A stretch of DNA of 64,000 bases from Rubrimonas sp. (lineage in GTDB: Bacteria; Pseudomonadota; Alphaproteobacteria; Rhodobacterales; Rhodobacteraceae): positions 1,906-65,905 of the forward strand of contig NZ_DAIQNN010000006.1 in NCBI RefSeq assembly GCF_036788415.1, given 5' to 3'. Below the pieces are notes generated by a model, which saw only the letters and a program-made list of their open reading frames with translations, was not told the origin of the DNA and searched no databases. The number at the start of each line of letters is the position of its first letter. The first letter of the stretch is position 1. Both the position numbers and the translations under genes were made by a program. This document shows positions 63,081 to 64,000 of this stretch, in pieces.

Positions 63081-64000
63081 TCAGAGGCCGGTCTTGATCT
63101 CGGTCCAGGCGCGGGTGATGGCGCGCTGGTCGCGCGGGCTCGCCGGCGTGGTGACGTAGAGCTTCTTCACCGTCTCGTCGTCGGGATAGATCGCCGGGTC
63201 GCCGATCACGTCCTCGTTCAGCAGCTCCTTCGAAGCGAGGTTGCCGTTTGCGTAGTAGATGTAGTTCGACGCCTTGGCCGCCATGTCGGGCCGCATGATG
63301 AAGTCGAGGAACTTGTGGGCGTTCTCGACGTTCGGCGCGTCGGCGGGGATCGCCATGTTGTCGAACCACATCAGCGCGCCCTCCTTGGGGATGGCGTATT
63401 CCACCGTCACGCCCGCATTCGCCTCGACCGCACGATCGCGCGCCTGCAGGATGTCGCCGGACCAACCGTGCGCGAGGCAGATGTCGCCATTGGCCAGCGC
63501 GTTGATGTATTCGGAGCTGTGGAACTTCTGGATGAAGGGCCGGATCGACATCATCAGCTCCTTGGCCTTTTCGATGTCGGCGGCGTCCTTGCTGTCGGGC
63601 GGCAGGCCCAGATAGTTGAGCGCCGCCGGCAGCACTTCCTCGGCGGTGTCGAGGACGTAGATGCCGCAATCGGCGAACTTCGCAGCGATTTCAGGGTTGA
63701 AGAGCACGTCCCAGCTGGTGACGGCGTCGACGCCGAGTCGCTCCTGCACGGCGGCCACATTGTAGCCGAGGCCGGTGGTCCCCCACATGTAGTTGATCGA
63801 ATGGAGGTTGCCGGGATCGTAGACGGCGAGCCGCTCCATGATGTCGGGCCACATGTTCGCGAGGTTGGGCAGTTTGCTCTTGTCGAGCGGCTGGTAGACG
63901 CCGGCGGCGATCTGGCGCTGCAGGAAGGTGCCGGTCGGCACGACGATGTCGTAGCCGGTGCCGCCGGCGAGCAGCTTGGTCTCGAGGATCTCGTTGCTGT
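63081..64000 (-). CDS. potF: Putrescine-binding periplasmic protein (PotF/PotD family), partial; N-terminus beyond right edge
   Basis: The frame stays open past the tracked Met to the window end (…SNEILETKLLAGGTGYDIVVPTGTFLQRQI…). …YMWGTTGLGYN…, …AIPKEGALMWFDNMAIP…. Confidence 0.85.
   Translation of the reverse strand, partial: SNEILETKLLAGGTGYDIVVPTGTFLQRQIAAGVYQPLDKSKLPNLANMWPDIMERLAVYDPGNLHSINYMWGTTGLGYNVAAVQERLGVDAVTSWDVLFNPEIAAKFADCGIYVLDTAEEVLPAALNYLGLPPDSKDAADIEKAKELMMSIRPFIQKFHSSEYINALANGDICLAHGWSGDILQARDRAVEANAGVTVEYAIPKEGALMWFDNMAIPADAPNVENAHKFLDFIMRPDMAAKASNYIYYANGNLASKELLNEDVIGDPAIYPDDETVKKLYVTTPASPRDQRAITRAWTEIKTGL

Overview
Very G+C-rich chromosomal DNA (exact GC not computed). 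Gene content and local synteny look alphaproteobacterial: ATP12 chaperone, NDUFS4-like ETC subunit, tmk-holB-tatD-MBL block, eukaryote-type NADP isocitrate dehydrogenase. I can support about 58 protein genes, one tRNA-Arg(UCU) and a few regulatory or structural sites. I saw no rRNA, CRISPR array, IS/transposase, integrase or phage genes. The GC content fills all six frames with long Arg/Ala/Pro-rich spurious ORFs. Calls therefore rest on recognisable protein motifs, start/RBS context and ATGA/GTGA stop-start overlaps; no database search was possible. Layout: (1) 1-6.8 kb: patatin lipase, MFS and AI-2E transporters, two small membrane proteins, and a coupled pair of uncharacterised lipid-enzyme-like genes. 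(2) gyrA, a FecCD-type ABC importer, purL. (3) 14.5-30.2 kb respiratory/accessory block: YdiJ/Dld-like FAD/Fe-S dehydrogenase; an Isp-type [NiFe]-hydrogenase locus (hynD, half-size hupH, hynS, isp1, isp2, hynL); a Bacillus/Wolinella-type (type B) sdh/frd CAB operon; a TAXI-TRAP transporter. (4) icd. (5) A C-P lyase (phn) cluster with an embedded secreted LysM protein and a DUF1045 2H-phosphoesterase. (6) Housekeeping and miscellaneous genes up to a potFG putrescine importer at the right edge. Most interesting candidates: (a) the hydrogenase plus type-B quinol:fumarate/succinate:quinone oxidoreductase neighbourhood. It has a perfect FNR/FixK-type palindrome upstream of the hydrogenase operon, and the same AT-rich 8-mer lies just outside the cluster on each side, suggesting an anaerobically induced H2-oxidising module. 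(b) A translationally coupled pair at 4479-6811: a membrane-anchored protein with DUF4105/Lnb-like GH...NCxH motifs, and a clear acid-ceramidase/NAAA-like Ntn hydrolase. (c) The LysM protein coupled to phnN. All functional interpretations beyond motif recognition are inference and need similarity searches or experiments.
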